This document shows, piece by piece, positions 36,328 to 49,434 of a DNA stretch of 64,000 bases (position 1 is the first letter of the stretch; each line of letters begins with the position of its first letter). The position numbers were made by a program, and so were the translations under genes. Source of the DNA: Squalus acanthias (Eukaryota); the NCBI GenBank assembly GCA_030390025.1, contig CM059432.1, positions 20,462,001-20,526,000 of the forward strand. The letters are read 5' to 3'. The notes below the pieces were generated by a model, which was not told the origin of the DNA, did no database searches, and saw only the letters and a program-made list of their open reading frames with translations.

Positions 36328-37258
36328 TGTGAGTCAGTCAAGTGACCACTCAGAGTTCTTGGACAAAACACAAATAGGCAGCAACCAGTATGTTTGAGCA
36401 ATAGATCAGATTTATTAAGCTTACAGCATAATTAATACTTAACATTAGGCGATAGTAAAATGAATAACTCGCAGCCCTTGGTCTCTGGAGCCCTTTGGAC
36501 ACAGGCAACGTCATCGTAAGTCTGTTCCTTTTCTTCGCAACAAATCTCTGTGTGAAACTGTTCTGAGTATCGAGGTTTTAACCCATTCCTTATCAACAGT
36601 TCATTTGGCCAGTGTTCATATATGGTCTTTAACAAAAATCACCTTTTTTAATTGGTTCTAATGATCAAAATACCATTGTCACTCAGACTAAGGCTAGTAG
36701 CCTGGCCACTCCTTTTCCAGTATATTTCCATTAACTCTGTTCCGCTGTCGTGTTATCTTGTTTATAGCTTTTCACCCCATTGGAATTTACCATATCTTTC
36801 ATTTCATAGCCTCCCTGGTACAAGGCCTTTCTACCAAGGGCCCATATCATCCTGCTGTCTCACTTGTCTTGAAGTATCCAGACTATCTCTCTTTAATCTA
36901 CCAGATAAATACCTTAACTTCCATGATCTCTCTCATTTTATTGGAATTTATACTAATTATCCTTTAAATATTGTTGCAATGAGTTTTGTTAAGCGAATTC
37001 TAAGTTCTATTCAGCATCATAAGATGTTTTTCTGAGCAATTTAATGATTTGACCTTCACTTGCAGCCTGTAGCTGCTTGTTATCAAAGCTTAGTCAAAGC
37101 TGCGTTTGGCTGTCCCCGCAACTGCATTCTGAACACGTCTTAGCTTTTTAGTTACTCAGGAGTAATTATGGGTAATATTATTTGGTCAATGGCTACACTT
37201 GAAGTTATACATATGATTCTCGTCTACTAAATATCTTTAAATATCAGCCTTTCGTACA
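36328..37258 (-). mobile_element. Putative solo LTR (931 bp; ERV1- or Gypsy-like)
   Basis: TGT...ACA termini, exact 4-bp TSD CATG, and a minus-strand AATAAA near its 3' end (~36411-36416). Confidence 0.65.
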
Positions 37259-37261
37259 CAT

Positions 37262-37820
37262 GAGTTTCACTAATCCTCATCCCCTTCAGCATCTTCCATT
37301 GAGTTATATACCTTGATTCCTTGATTTCCCCATCCCCCCCGCAAAAATACATTACTTAACTTCTCTACATAAAATTACATCTTCCACCAGTCTATTCTGG
37401 AAATCTATCTATATCCTTTTTAAGTATTTTAAAGTCACCCCAGCTGTTTACCAAACTGCCTAATTTTGTGTCATTTACAAATTTTGCGATTGTAATAAAA
37501 CAGACCCAGCACGGATCCCAGGCGTACACCACGTCTAACCCTTCTTGCACCTGAGCAGCACTCATTAGCCCTAATCCTTTGTGTCCTGTCAGTCAACCAA
37601 CTTTCTATCTGTGCTGCTACATTTCCTCTCAAGCCATGTTCATGAATTTTTGTAGCAAAGCTCCTCTTAGACATCTTCTCAAACGCCTGCTGAAAATCTG
37701 TATACACTATTATCTACAGCACTCTTTTCATCAGGACAATCAGTCACTTCTTAAAAAAAAAACGATTAAATTTGTCGAACATGACTTATCTTTAGCAAAT
37801 TCATTGCGAGCTCCCTGATT
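37262..37820 (-). mobile_element. Old CR1 RT fragment
   Basis: YTDFQQAFEKMS..ESWLTDRTQRI..GSVLG remnants. Confidence 0.7.
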
Positions 37821-38275
37821 TTCTTCTAACACTGCATTGAGATCTTTAACATTCACCTGATCCAGAGGAACAGACAGACAGGCCGCAGTTTAATGTCTGT
37901 TCTGAACTATGGCATCTCTGATAATACAACAGAAAACATTTGAAACCCCTTCAACCCAGAATTGAATCAGTGAACTAAGAATAGTTCTGTTTTATGTTTC
38001 AGTATAGTCCTCTGCTCTACGAGATGAGCTGTTTAGAGAGAAGGAAAGAAAGAAGAAACTCGCATTTACCAGATGGCTTATCACATCCTCTAAACATCAT
38101 AAAATACTTTGCAAGCAATTAAATACCTATTGAAGTGCACTCACTGTTATATAGGCAAAGAAAGAAAGACTTGAAGGAAAGACTTGCACTTATATAGCGC
38201 CTTTCACGACCACCGGACATCTCAAAACGCTTTACAGCCAATGAAGTACTTTTGGAGTGTAGTCACTGCTGTAAT

Positions 38276-38547
38276 GATCGTCTTGGATCCCCTTGCCATT
38301 GGACCAAGACCTTGCTCTGTCAAGCCCGTGTGGTAGCTGGTGTGCAACGGCCACCCCGCGACAAAAGAATTCACGCACAGGCACCCTTTAGTCAACCCAA
38401 GCACCCCACCCTCCCATCCCTTCAACCACCGTCTGCCCCACCTGTGACAGAGACTGTAGGTCCCGCATTGGACTCATCAGTCACCTGAGAACTCATTTTT
38501 AGTGTGGAAGCAAGTCATCCTCGGTTCTGAGGGAATGCCTAAGAAGA
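38276..38547 (+). mobile_element. Short RTE-derived non-autonomous element inserted after a Deu-SINE tail (38180-38275)
   Basis: The last ~155 bp match the 3' end of the RTE at 40813-40965. The 5' ~115 bp is unrelated to the adjacent RTE coding sequence. Confidence 0.75.
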
Positions 38548-38990
38548 AACATAGAAACATAGAAACATAGAATCTCGGAGCAGGAGTAGGCCATTCGGCC
38601 CGTCGAGCCTGCTCCACCATTCAATACGATCATGGCTGATCATCCAAATCCAGTACCCTGTCCCCTGCTTTAATCCCCACAGTACACATATCCCACCCTA
38701 CCCCCGTAACCCCACGTATTTAATTCCCCCTAACATATCCCATCCTATCCCCATAACCCCACATATTTAATCCCCCCCCTAACACTAAGGGTCAATTTAT
38801 CATAGCCAAATCAACCTAACCCGCACATTTTTGGACTGTGGGAGGAAACCGGAGCACCCGGAGGAAACCCACGCAGACACGGGGAGAATGTGCAAACTCC
38901 ACACAGACAGTCACCCGAGGTCAGATTTGAACCCGGGTCCCTGGCGCTGTGAAGCACCAGTGCTAACCACTATGCCACCGTGTTGCCCCC
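38548..38990 (-). mobile_element. V-SINE (HE1-like) with a CR1-derived tail
   Basis: tRNA head TGGCATAGTGG..GGTTCAAATC and V-domain GTGGAGTTTGCACATTCTCCCCGTGTCTGCGTGGGTTTCCTCCGGG. The tail matches the CR1 3' UTR at 33780-33884. Confidence 0.88.
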
Positions 38991-39282
38991 ACTATGCCAC
39001 CGTGTGGGATATTAAAACTTCAAAGAAGATAAAGCTTTTGACATTTCTTCCTGATCCCCGATGGTAATAACCAAATTTGCAATATAGGAACTTAAAATTA
39101 CAAACTAAATTAAAATTGCATTCTGTGCTTGTCAAACTGCATTCCAGGAATGGCACCGTGTGATCCCAGCAGCATGGGGAGCAATGCTCCCTTTAGTATT
39201 TCATTATAAAGGATTGGAGCTATGTTCCACTGGTGTGGAGCCCAAGCTCTGTGAGATGGCCTCCTGGAGATGATATCCCTGA

Positions 39283-39485
39283 TGTAAGAAAACTACTAGG
39301 CACTTGGTCAAAGCGTTAAACAAAGCTTTAATCAACTGTTTTTCAACATGGAGATCTAGTTGTGTCCTTCTCTAGTTCCTGTTAAAGAATGTCCTGAGCA
39401 AGCTGGGCCCATGCCCGAGTATTTATACTCTCCCTGGACAGCGCCACCAGCAGGCCACCCAGTATTATTTCATAAGTCATTTCCA
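39283..39485 (-). mobile_element. Putative small Gypsy-like solo LTR
   Basis: TG...CA ends and CCTGA/CATGA flanks. Minus-strand TATAAATA lies upstream of ATTAAA. Confidence 0.45.
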
Positions 39486-40812
39486 CATGAATGACAAGAT
39501 TCATGTCAATCCCATCTTTTGGGTTTAGATTGGAATTTGACTCCAGCGCTTAACTGCCACTTTCATGTTGATGCATACAGGAAATGATTGGATAGTGACA
39601 CTAAAATCACAGGATTGCATCAGCCGTTTATCTAACTTATCTCTTCTAACCTGCAATCTTGTTCTTAATTAGATATTCATTTGGCTCATTTTTAAAGGAG
39701 TTAATTGATTTGCATTAAATGCGAATTGATTAGACACTTGGAAGGAAAAAGAAATAAATTGTACTGAAAATGTGAGCTAATGAGCATTTATTTAAGTGAA
39801 TGTAAATGTTAAAGAATCTTAAAGGTTAAGAAGAAGAAAAACAGGTTCCATTTTGCTAAATGACAGTAGAAAGGTTGAAATATTATACCTCACCAAAATG
39901 ATTAACAGGGGGTTCATACAGGGCAAACAACTGTTGAGAGGAATTTCATAATTAGGTAAGTGGATATAGAGGCTTATGAAAGGGATAAGGTAAATTGTGT
40001 GGTCTTGTGTTTAATGAGGGTTGAGGTCAATGACAATGCGGTAGATGGTAGGCCATTTGTTAAATGGCACTATTTGTCCATATTGAAGCAATTAATCTAC
40101 ATAACGGGTAACCCGAGCCCTCAAAAGGAAAGTAGTTAAGAGCTTGCAAAATAGAAATGTAAATTTACTGTTATCCAGGCTAGTAACACTATTGAAATGT
40201 ACTAATAAAATGGTGAGTAGAATTTTGCCTTTAATTTATGATTGGAGAGAACATCTAGAGACAATGAGCATGTTGAAGGTTGTTGATGGATTGTGGGGGA
40301 AGTTGTGAACTGTTAACTAGGGATGGTTAAATTCTAGTTAGAAGAGGTGCAAGAAGATTGGGCTTCATTTTTTCTAAATATACTTGAGGAATAAAGAAAT
40401 GAAAATGAAGAGGGAATTGAAAAGCTTTTCAAAAAAGATGATAAGAAATAGATATATAGCTCCCGAAGGGTTCAGGGGTAAGTGCACCACAGGAAGATCC
40501 CAGGTTCAATTCTTGGTCTTACCTGAGATAGCTGATCGCAGTCCAGGAGATTGTTGAAGGCATCACAATTGAACACAACCAATAGTATAAAATGGGCGAT
40601 GTAAGATCAGTCGCCCATTACATACCCCTACTGATTTTCATTTCCACAATCACAATGTCCCTGGAGCTTGGAGGGGAAAATCATCCAGATTTTCAGTTTT
40701 AGATCCTTATTCAGCGACTGCTGCAAGCCAGTAATGTTCATGCATGGATGCTGGGTAAGGACAGGGTTTGGCTCAGTGATGCTCCCCACTGAGGAATAAC
40801 CAGCTCATACAT

Positions 40813-42207
40813 CTCTTAGGCAGTCCCTCGGAACCGAGGATGAATTGCTTCCACATTAAAAATGAGTTCTCAGGTGACTGATGAGTCCAATGCGGGACCT
40901 ACAGTCTCTGTCACAGGTGGGGCAGACGGTGGTTGAAGGGGCAGGTGGGTGGGGTGCTTGGGTTAACGTGTGCTCCTTGCGCTGCTTGCGCCTGGCTTCC
41001 GCTTGCTCCCGGCGAAGAGACTCGAGGTGTTCGGCGCCTTCCCGAATGCTTCTCCTCCACTTTGTGCGGACTTGGGCCAGGGGATTCCCAGGTGTCGGTG
41101 GGGATGTTGCACTTTTTCAAGGAGGCTTTGAGGGTGTCCTTGAAGCGTTTCCTCTGCCCACCTGGGGCTCTCTTGCCATGTCGGAGCTCCGAGTAGAGCG
41201 CATGTTTTGGGAGTCTCGTATCGGGCATGCGGACGATGTGACCCGTCCATCGGAGCTGATTGAGCGTGGTCAAAGCTTCGATGCTGGGGATGTTGGCCTG
41301 TGCGAGAACACTGACGTCGGTGCGCCTATCCTGCCAATGGATTTGCAGGATCTTGCGGAGGCAGCGTTGGTGGTACCTGTCCAGTGTTTTGAGGTGCCTG
41401 CTGTACATTGTCCATGTCTCTGAGGCATACAGGAGGGCGGGTATCACCATTGCTCTGTTGACCATGAGCTTGGTGCCGGGTTTGAGGTCCTGGTCTTCAA
41501 ACACTCTCTTCCTCAGGCGACCAAAGGCTGCACTGGCACACTGAAGGCGGTGTTGGACTTCATCATTGACGTTTGCCCTTGTTGACAGTAGGCTCCCGAG
41601 GTATGGAAAGTGGTCCACGTTGTCGAAGGCCTTGTCGTGGATTTTGATAATCAGGGGCAGTACTGTGTGGCGGGGGCAGGTTGGTAGAGGACCTTTGTCT
41701 TACGGATGTTTAGTGTAAGGCCCATGCTCTCGTACGCTTCAGGTGAAGCTGTTAACGATGGTTTGGAGTTCGACCTCCGAGTGTGCACAGACGCAAGCGT
41801 CGTCTGCATACTGTAATTCGACGACAGAGGATGGGACGACCTTGGATCTGGACTGGAGGTGACGGAGGTTGAACAGTTTCCCGTTTGTTCTGCAAATTAG
41901 CTCCACTCCAGCGGGGAGCTTACTGAGGGTGAGATGGAGCATTGCAGCAAGGAAGATCAAGAAGAGCGTTGGTGTGATGACACAGCCTTGCTTGACCCCG
42001 GTCCATACGTGAATTGGGTCTGTGGTGGAACCGTTGGTCAGGATCACGGCTTGCATGTCGTCGTGAAGCACGCGGAGGATGGTGACAAACTTTTGAGGGC
42101 AGCCGAATTTGAGGAGGACACTCCATAATCCCTCACAGGTTGACAGTGTCAAAGGCCTTTGTGAGGTCAAAGAAGGCCATGTACAGCGGTTGGTGCTGTT
42201 CCCTGCA
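40813..42207 (-). mobile_element. RTE-clade LINE, 5'-truncated
   Basis: TGVKQGCVI.PTLF, ELQYADD, HFPYLGS, LLYASETWT, LRWTGHIVRMPDTRLPK and GGQRKRFKDTLK; several frameshifts. Confidence 0.93.
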
Positions 42208-42494
42208 TACATACTGCTTAAGCTCACACAAAGAGAATAGCCACTTGGAAGAGGTACTGGAGAGCTGCATGGCCAATGGAACTATCTCTCAGCATAATTC
42301 ATTCCCTTCAGGGAGTTACCAAGTGTCATCATAATATTGCTATGTGTTTTTGTACTAATTTTGGGTGGTAGTATTGGAGCTTGAGGATTTTGAGGGGAAT
42401 AAGAGGTTGGATATATTTGGATTGACAGCGACCTAGTTAAAGTTGATAGGTATGAATAATGGGTCGGCAAATGGAAGGAGGCGCACAGATGGGC

Positions 42495-42717
42495 ACAGAA
42501 GGAGGCTATTCAGTCCAAAGAGTTATCCAGCCTAATCCCACTTTCCAGCTCTTTGTCCGTAGCCCCATAGGTTACAGCACTTCAACTGCATATCCAAGTA
42601 ATTTTTAAATGTGATGAAGGTTCCTGCCTCTACCACCCTTTCAGTCAGTGAGTTCCAGACCCCCACCACACTCTGGGTGAAAAAGTTTCTCCTCAACTCC
42701 CCTCTAATCCTACTACC
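42495..42717 (-). mobile_element. CR1 3' fragment (same family as 7606-8100)
   Basis: RNFFTQSVVGVWNSL..GYGQRAGKWD. Confidence 0.88.
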
Positions 42718-44005
42718 GATTACATAGGATACACAGCACAGAAACAGGCCATTCTGCCCAAACAGTCCACGCTCCACTCGAGCCTCCTCCCGTCTTTCCT
42801 CATCTAAATCTATCAGAATAGCCCTCTATTCCCTTCTCTCTCATACGTTTGCCCAGCCTCTCCTTAAATGCATCTATACTATTCGCTTCAACCACTCCCT
42901 GTGGTAGCGAGTTCCACATTCTCACCACTTTTTGGGTAAAGAAGTTTCTTCTGAATTCCCTATTGGATTTCTTGGTGACTATCTTATATTGATGGCCTCT
43001 AGTTATGTCTCTTCCCCACAAGTGGAAACATTCTCTCTGTATCCACTCTATCAAAACCTTTCATAATTTTATAACCTCTATTAGGTCACCCCTCAGCCTT
43101 CTTTTTTCAAGAGAAAAGAGAGCCAGCCTGTTAATCCTTTCCTGATCTGTAAACCCTCGCATTTCTGGTATCATCCTTGTAAATCTTCTCTGCACCCTCT
43201 CCAGTGCCTCTATATCCTTTATATGATATGGCGACCAGAACTGCACGCAGTACTCTAAGTGTGGTCTCACCAAGGTTCGATACAGGTTTAGCATAACTTC
43301 TCTACTTTTCAATTCTATCCCTCTAGAAATAAACCCTAGTGCTTGGTTTGCATTTTTAATGGCCTTGCTAACATGTGGCGCAACTTTTAATGATTTGTGC
43401 ATTTGTACTCCGAGATCCCTTTGTTCCTCTACCCCACCTAGACTCGCACCCTCCAAGTGATAAGTGACCTCCCTATTCTTCCTTCCAAAATGTAATACCT
43501 CACATTTGTCTGTGTTGAACTTCTTTTGCCAATTATTTGCCCATTCTGCAAGTTTATTAATGTCCTCCTGTAATTTGTTGCAGTCCTCCTCAGTATTGAC
43601 TATCCCCTCCAATTTGGTGTCATCCGCAAATTTAGAAATTGTGTTTTTAATTCCAAAGTCTAAATTGTTAATGTAAATTGTGAACAGCAGTGGTCCCAGC
43701 ACTGATCCTTGTGGAACACCACTACCCACCTTCTGCCACTGTGAATAGCTACCCTTTAATCCCTACTCTCTGCTTTCTGTCTTGAAGCCAGCGAGCAATC
43801 CATTCTGCTACTTGTCCCCTGACTCCGCATTCTCTGGCCTTGTTCATTAGTCTATTATGGGATACCTTATTGAAGGCCTTTTGAAAACCTAGATAAATTA
43901 CATCTACTGCATTACCATTGTCTACTCTCGTTGTTACCTCTTTCAAAAATTCAATAAGGTTAGTCAAGCAAGATTTTCCCTTTTTGAAATCCATGTTGAC
44001 TATTC
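42718..44005 (-). mobile_element. CR1 3' fragment (family with TAATCCTATG-type tail)
   Basis: ORFs 43749-43994, 43061-43729 and 42800-43054 carry RT motifs. Confidence 0.92.
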
Positions 44006-44532
44006 ATAATTACTTTAAATCTACACCCTCTGGTCATTGACCTCATTACATGCACTTATACCAAAGTGATAAAACACTATATGGTGCATTTATGACTGCA
44101 AATTTTCAATGGTACACAGTCATCCAATGTAATTATATTAGTTAAACAGATTAACGACTGAAAATTAACCACTTGACCTTTGTTAAAAACTAAATTGCTG
44201 AGTGCTGGCAATGACTAAAGTAAAATGATACCAAACCTTACCAAATTATAAGCTATATTTTAGTGAGAACATTCATTAAAAGAATAGGGAAATTATGGAC
44301 TTGGGCAAAAAATTACCCACTGCTATTAGTGTTGACATGCCTTTCTAAAATTGGCCAAAAATTGCTAATATTTTCAAAAGCAGAAACCAAAGGCTCGGTC
44401 AAGGAGATGGGTTTTAAGGAGGGTCTTAAAGAACAAGTAACTTAAAGAGTATGGTGGGAAGGATGAAATCGCCCATCAGGAAGATCTAGACAGCAATACA
44501 AAGATGAAGGTGCCCTGTCCCTAAAAGTCATT

Positions 44533-44835
44533 GGGGGAAAAATTGAATCGCGCCCTCTTTGGGGCGCTAACTTTGCCGGGGCACTAATTTACATAACGTC
44601 CGGCGGCAAGTCAGGGGGCGCTACCGGGGCGCGAGTGGGGCGCTGCGCACGGTGATGACATAATCGCCGGCGGCGCAGCACCACAGGGCGCTAACGGTTA
44701 CCGTCGCCGCTAACCTCCCGCTGAATTTCGTGGGAGGCATTGGCGGCGCCGTGCCCAGGCGCTAGTTGCTTTGCGCCCCGTTAGTGCCCTCTTAGGGTGC
44801 TAATGGGAGGCGCAAATCAACCAAATTTTTAGGCC
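44533..44835. mobile_element. 303-bp Harbinger-type MITE
   Basis: TSD ATT, GGGGGAAAAATTG left end and GGCGCTAA repeats. 44755-44820 is an inverted match to 22785-22855. Confidence 0.85.
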
Positions 44836-45074
44836 ATTCTCGAAAAAGAATGAAAAAAGAAAAAGAGGAGCCATACCACCAAAGAGAATGGATCCACCAA
44901 ACCTTGTTTCTGGTTATGTTTTTCTTTAATCATACCTTTCCTTGTATTAATGATCACTGCATGCTATATAGGTTAATATATTATGCAGAGTAGTACAACA
45001 TTGTGCAAATAAAAATCACAAATAATGAAGGCTTCAGTTTACCATTCTTCTTTCTTTCATATGGCTGCTTGAAA

Positions 45075-45620
45075 AGCAACATTAAATGTTGACCTCCAAG
45101 TTCGTCATCCACTCTAGGCCTCTGATGATATGGGGTGAATAGAAGCATTTCCACCACGGAATGATCTTAGCGAGCAATGGTTCACACGAAGCTCCATGGT
45201 TTGGATAGCCTCTCCACAGTTACACAACGGGCTTCATCTTCCATTTATGTAGCAGATGGTTGCGGTACCCGTATGAAGTACTAATGCAGTTTGCAGTAAC
45301 CCATAGTTTACATGGCATGGTGAAGCCGGGTGGTTGATCTATGGGATTCATGATCTTGTCCTGATTCTTGACCCTGCTGGTTTTGCACATCCTTCTCCAC
45401 TTGCCTTTATGTGAGAATTTTGAGGTTTTGAGAGTTTCGGCCACTAACCAGAAGGGGTTCCTGGAATTAAAGTGGCATCTCAGGAGCTTCTGAAGATCTT
45501 CATTAATATTTGGAGATGAAGATGTCAACCTACACATGGTCCTCTCTGTTATTTGATCAAGCACGACTAATGCCAACAACAAGGTGACTGAATGCTGATC
45601 GACTGCCTCCCAGTCCAAAA
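45075..45620 (-). mobile_element. Vingi/Ingi-like non-LTR retrotransposon 3' relic
   Basis: PPGFTMPCKLWVTANCISTSYGYRNHLLHKWKMK, then after a frameshift PLCNCGEAIQTME..C.LRSFRGG..WMTNLEVNI*. Confidence 0.6.
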
Positions 45621-45949
45621 AGCAACACAATCGACGTTCCTAACTTTAGCAGTGAAGTCTCTTTACATTGGTGCCTCCTCTCAATGTACCACGTCAAGTA
45701 GTATTTAAATGTTTAACTATCAGCATCATTTTGTTACTCTTCCCACTGAAGATTGCTAATTTAAATGTTATTGGTTCTTCAGTGGGGCTTTGATACAAAC
45801 ACATAAATGGAAACGTTATGAACATATTGTACAGAAAAATGAAACAAATAAATGAATACATTTCTTACACAATGTACTATTTGTTCTGTCACATATCTCA
45901 TTACGTTCTCAACTCTATTTGTCATTTTGTAGTGATACTGCTAATTTCA

Positions 45950-46415
45950 GGTGCATAGGGTTTACATATCAGGAAAGGATGAACAGGCTGGGTCTTCTTT
46001 CTCTTGAAAAAAGGCTGAGGGGTGACTTAATAGATGTCTTTAAAATTATGAAAGGTTTTGATAGAGTGGATACAGAGAGAATGTTTCCACTTGTGGGGAA
46101 AAACATAACTAGAGGCCATCAATATAAGATAGTCACCAAGAAATCCAATAGGGAATTCAGAAGAAACTTCTTTACCCAGAGAGTGGTGAGAATGTGGAAC
46201 TCGCTACCACAGGGAGTGGTTGAAGCGAATAGTATAGATGCATTTAAGGGGAGGCTAGACAAGCATATGAGGGAGAAGGGAATAGAGGGTTATGCTGATA
46301 GATTTAGATGAGGAAAGACGGGAGGAGGCTCAAGTGGAGCATAAACGCTGGCATGCACTGGTTGGGCCGCATGGCCTGTTTCCGTGCCGTATATCCTATG
46401 TAATCCTACGTATGT
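45950..46415 (+). mobile_element. CR1 3' fragment (same family as 42718-44005)
   Basis: YQERMNRLGLLSLEKRLRGDLIDVFKIM..EGYADRFR. Confidence 0.9.
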
Positions 46416-46789
46416 AATAATTACATTGCTCCAGTTTGTGTAGGTCGTTTACCTTGGTACAATCTTAATAAAGGTAAAGTTGCAATAGAGTGTTGCTTGA
46501 CATTATTTTCAAGGTCTCATGCAATTCTCATCCCATTTGTGTGCTATTCATTGTTGTGAATTTGTTTTGGCTTTGAGATGTGTTTCCTTTCGTGGCTATT
46601 GTTCTAGCTAGCTATACTTCATACTTGTGGAGTTGATTTATTTAATATGTCTTACCTTCACATATTTATATATTTTTCACATTTGACTGTCTTTTATAGC
46701 AAGCATAATAGAGCCATGAGAAGGGTACAGCACATATTCATTAGAATGAAAGCAGGAACAAAAGGTTACAGTTGTGACGATTACCTTGG

Positions 46790-47125
46790 AAATGTTTCTC
46801 TCTCACTGAAATAGAGAAGGCTAAAAGGGGGCATTTAATAAAGGTTTTCAAGATGGTGAATGTTTTTGAGAGGTGTAGTGTGGAAGACTTTCCAGGGGTT
46901 GACGAATCTGTAACAAGGAGCGTAAACTCAGCATCATCACCAGAAGAATGAAGGTAGAAGTTAGATGATTTTTTTTGTGAAGAGGGTTATTTGAACAAAG
47001 AATACTTTACTCAAAATGGCTGTTGAGGCAGATACAGTAACATAATTTGAAAAGAACTTGGATAAGTTTTTGAAAAGGCAGAATACAAAATGATACAGGG
47101 AAAGGGCAGGAAAATGTAATTAGAG
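46790..47125 (+). mobile_element. Old CR1 3' remnant
   Basis: Decayed FSLTEIEKAKRG..KVFKMV..ELG segment matching CR1 3' ends elsewhere in the window. Confidence 0.6.
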
Positions 47126-47856
47126 GAGACAGCTCCCACTACAATTCGCTTCAAGCTACAATCTTTGAAACAGATGCTATCCAGCTTGACAGGGATAGAA
47201 AAAGGCTGCCACAAATGGTTAGAACAGGGACAATACTGAGCCTTCCAGCAGTACACCCCTACCAGAAACTATGCATGGAACACCACCTGGAGGATAGAGA
47301 TTCCAGCAGATACGTTTAAGTGAAATGCTCTTCGCCCATCCAAAAAAGATTTCTAGTCCCCTAACTGAAGCTGAGGAACTCCTTTCCTGAAGCATCTAGT
47401 AGCTATATCAAATATCTCTATTTTACAGGAGCTTCCTCCCAATGAGTATAGATTTTGAAGAACAACTGGAAATAGAACCTGTCAGAAAAACTAATTATAG
47501 AGCAATGCAGCAATATGGCAGCACTAAGTTAAACCTTGAAGTGTGGAGGACAAAGTGCAAGGGGAAGTTGCACTGCATATCCTGCCCAGATTTCCTTACT
47601 TCCCCATGATGGAACTGGGCAGGGGTGGCAAATGAGCAAAGGACATGCTCTGCCTCCTCCCCACCCATTTTTACGCTAGTTGGATTTCTTAGTGAGATCC
47701 ACCCACATATGGGAGGGCATATTGAAATGATATTCTAATGCTAAAAATACTTTAGCAGACATATTTTCTGTTGGTTGCACCATAACAATGCTAGATAGCA
47801 GGAATGCCTTTTTGTCCGTGGTCTGTGGTCCGTTGTCCGTGGTGTCCAGTGTTGCT

Positions 47857-49349
47857 AAACAAAATAGTAAAATATTTTACAGGTTCATCAATAAAAAAAG
47901 GAAGGTTGGGATGGGAATAGGGCCATTAAGGGATAGACAGGATAATACTACAGGTAACGATAGAGAGATGGCAGAAATATTAAATAATTATTTTGCTTCA
48001 GTATTTACCAGGGAGATGGAACAGGTGGACATGACATTGGATGATGAGATTAGTAATGAGATAAGTGCATTTAAAATAAAAAGAGGGGATATATTAAATG
48101 AACTAATCAAACTCAAAGAGGTAACAGAGAGAGTAGAAATGGTAATGCAGTAGATGTCATTTATCTAGATTTTCAAAAGGCCTTCGATAAGGTACCCCAT
48201 AGTAGACTGATGAACAAGGTCTGAGAATACGGAGTCAGGGGACAAGTAGCAGAATGGATTGCTCGCTGGCTTCAGGACAGAAAGCAGAGAGTAGGAGTAA
48301 AGGGTAGCTATTCACAGTGGCAGAAGGTGGGTAGTGGTGTTCTACAAGGATCAATGCTGGGACCACTGCTGTTCACAATTTAAATTAACGATTTAGACCT
48401 TGGAATCAAAAACACAATTTCTAAATTTGCGGATGACACCAAATTGGGGGGGATAGTCAATACTGAGGAGGATGGCAGCAAATTACAGGAGGACATTAAT
48501 AAACTTGCAAAATGGGCATATAATTGGCAAATGAAGCTCAACACAGATAAGTGTGAGGTATTACTTTTTGGTAGGAAGAATAGGGAGGTCACTTATTACT
48601 TAGAGGGTGCGAGTCTAGGTGGGGTAGAGGAATCTCGGAGTACAAATACACAAATCACTATAAGTTGCGACACAGGTTAGCAAGGCCATAAAAAAAAGCA
48701 AACCAAGCACTAGGGTTTATTTCTAGAGGGATAGAATTGAAAAGTAGGGAAGTTATGCTAAACCTGTATCGAACCTTGGTTCGACCACACTTAGAGTACT
48801 GCGTACAGTTCTGGTCGCCATATTATAAAAAGGATATAGAGGCACTGGAGAGGGTGCAGAGAAGATTTACAAGGATGATACCAGAAATGTGAAGGTATAC
48901 ATATCAGGAAAGGATGAACAGGCTGGGTCTCTTTCTCTTGAAAAAAGAAGACTGAGGGGTGACCTAATGGAGGTCTTTAAAATTATGAAAGGTTTTGATT
49001 GCGTGGATACAGAGAGAATGTTTCCATTTGTGGGGAAGAGCATAACTAGAGGCCATCAATATAAGATAGTCACCAAGAAAGCCAATAGGGAATTCAGAAG
49101 AAACCGCTTTACCCAGAGAGTGGTGAGAATGTGGAACTCGCTACTACAGGGAGTGGTTGAAGCAAATAGTATAGATGCATTTAAGGGGAGGCTGGACAAG
49201 CATATGAGGGAAAAGGGAATAGAGGGTTATGCTGATAGATTTAGATGAGGAAAGACAGGAGGGGGCTCATGTGGACCATAAACGCCGGCATGGACTGGTT
49301 GGGCCGAATGGCCTGTTTCTGTGCCGTATATCCTATGTAATCCTATGTA
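47857..49349 (+). mobile_element. CR1 fragment with an internal deletion
   Basis: NSKIFYRFINKKRK..NNYFASVFT joins directly to EVTERV at ~48118, then continues through RT to the tail. Confidence 0.9.
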
Positions 49350-49434
49350 CAGGCATTTTCAATACCATTAAGCTCTTAGATGTACCAAAGCTAATGCAGA
49401 TGAACTTTTTCTTCATTCTCGGAATTTGCATTTT

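Noticed and set aside
38910..38990. tRNA genes (also ~2515, ~53310, ~62640)
   Set aside because: A/B boxes continue into SINE bodies and LINE-like tails, and I could not fold a complete cloverleaf.
39740..40460. Purine-rich coding-like stretch (similar at 15450-15880, 30160-30400, 47140-47540, 50960-51140)
   Set aside because: Frequent stops and no motif I can identify. Possibly ancient transposon debris; a translated HMM search would be needed.
40465..40810. LF-SINE-like remnants (also ~5830-6110, ~61430-61760)
   Set aside because: The segments look mutually similar and SINE-like but are too decayed to assign or bound by eye.
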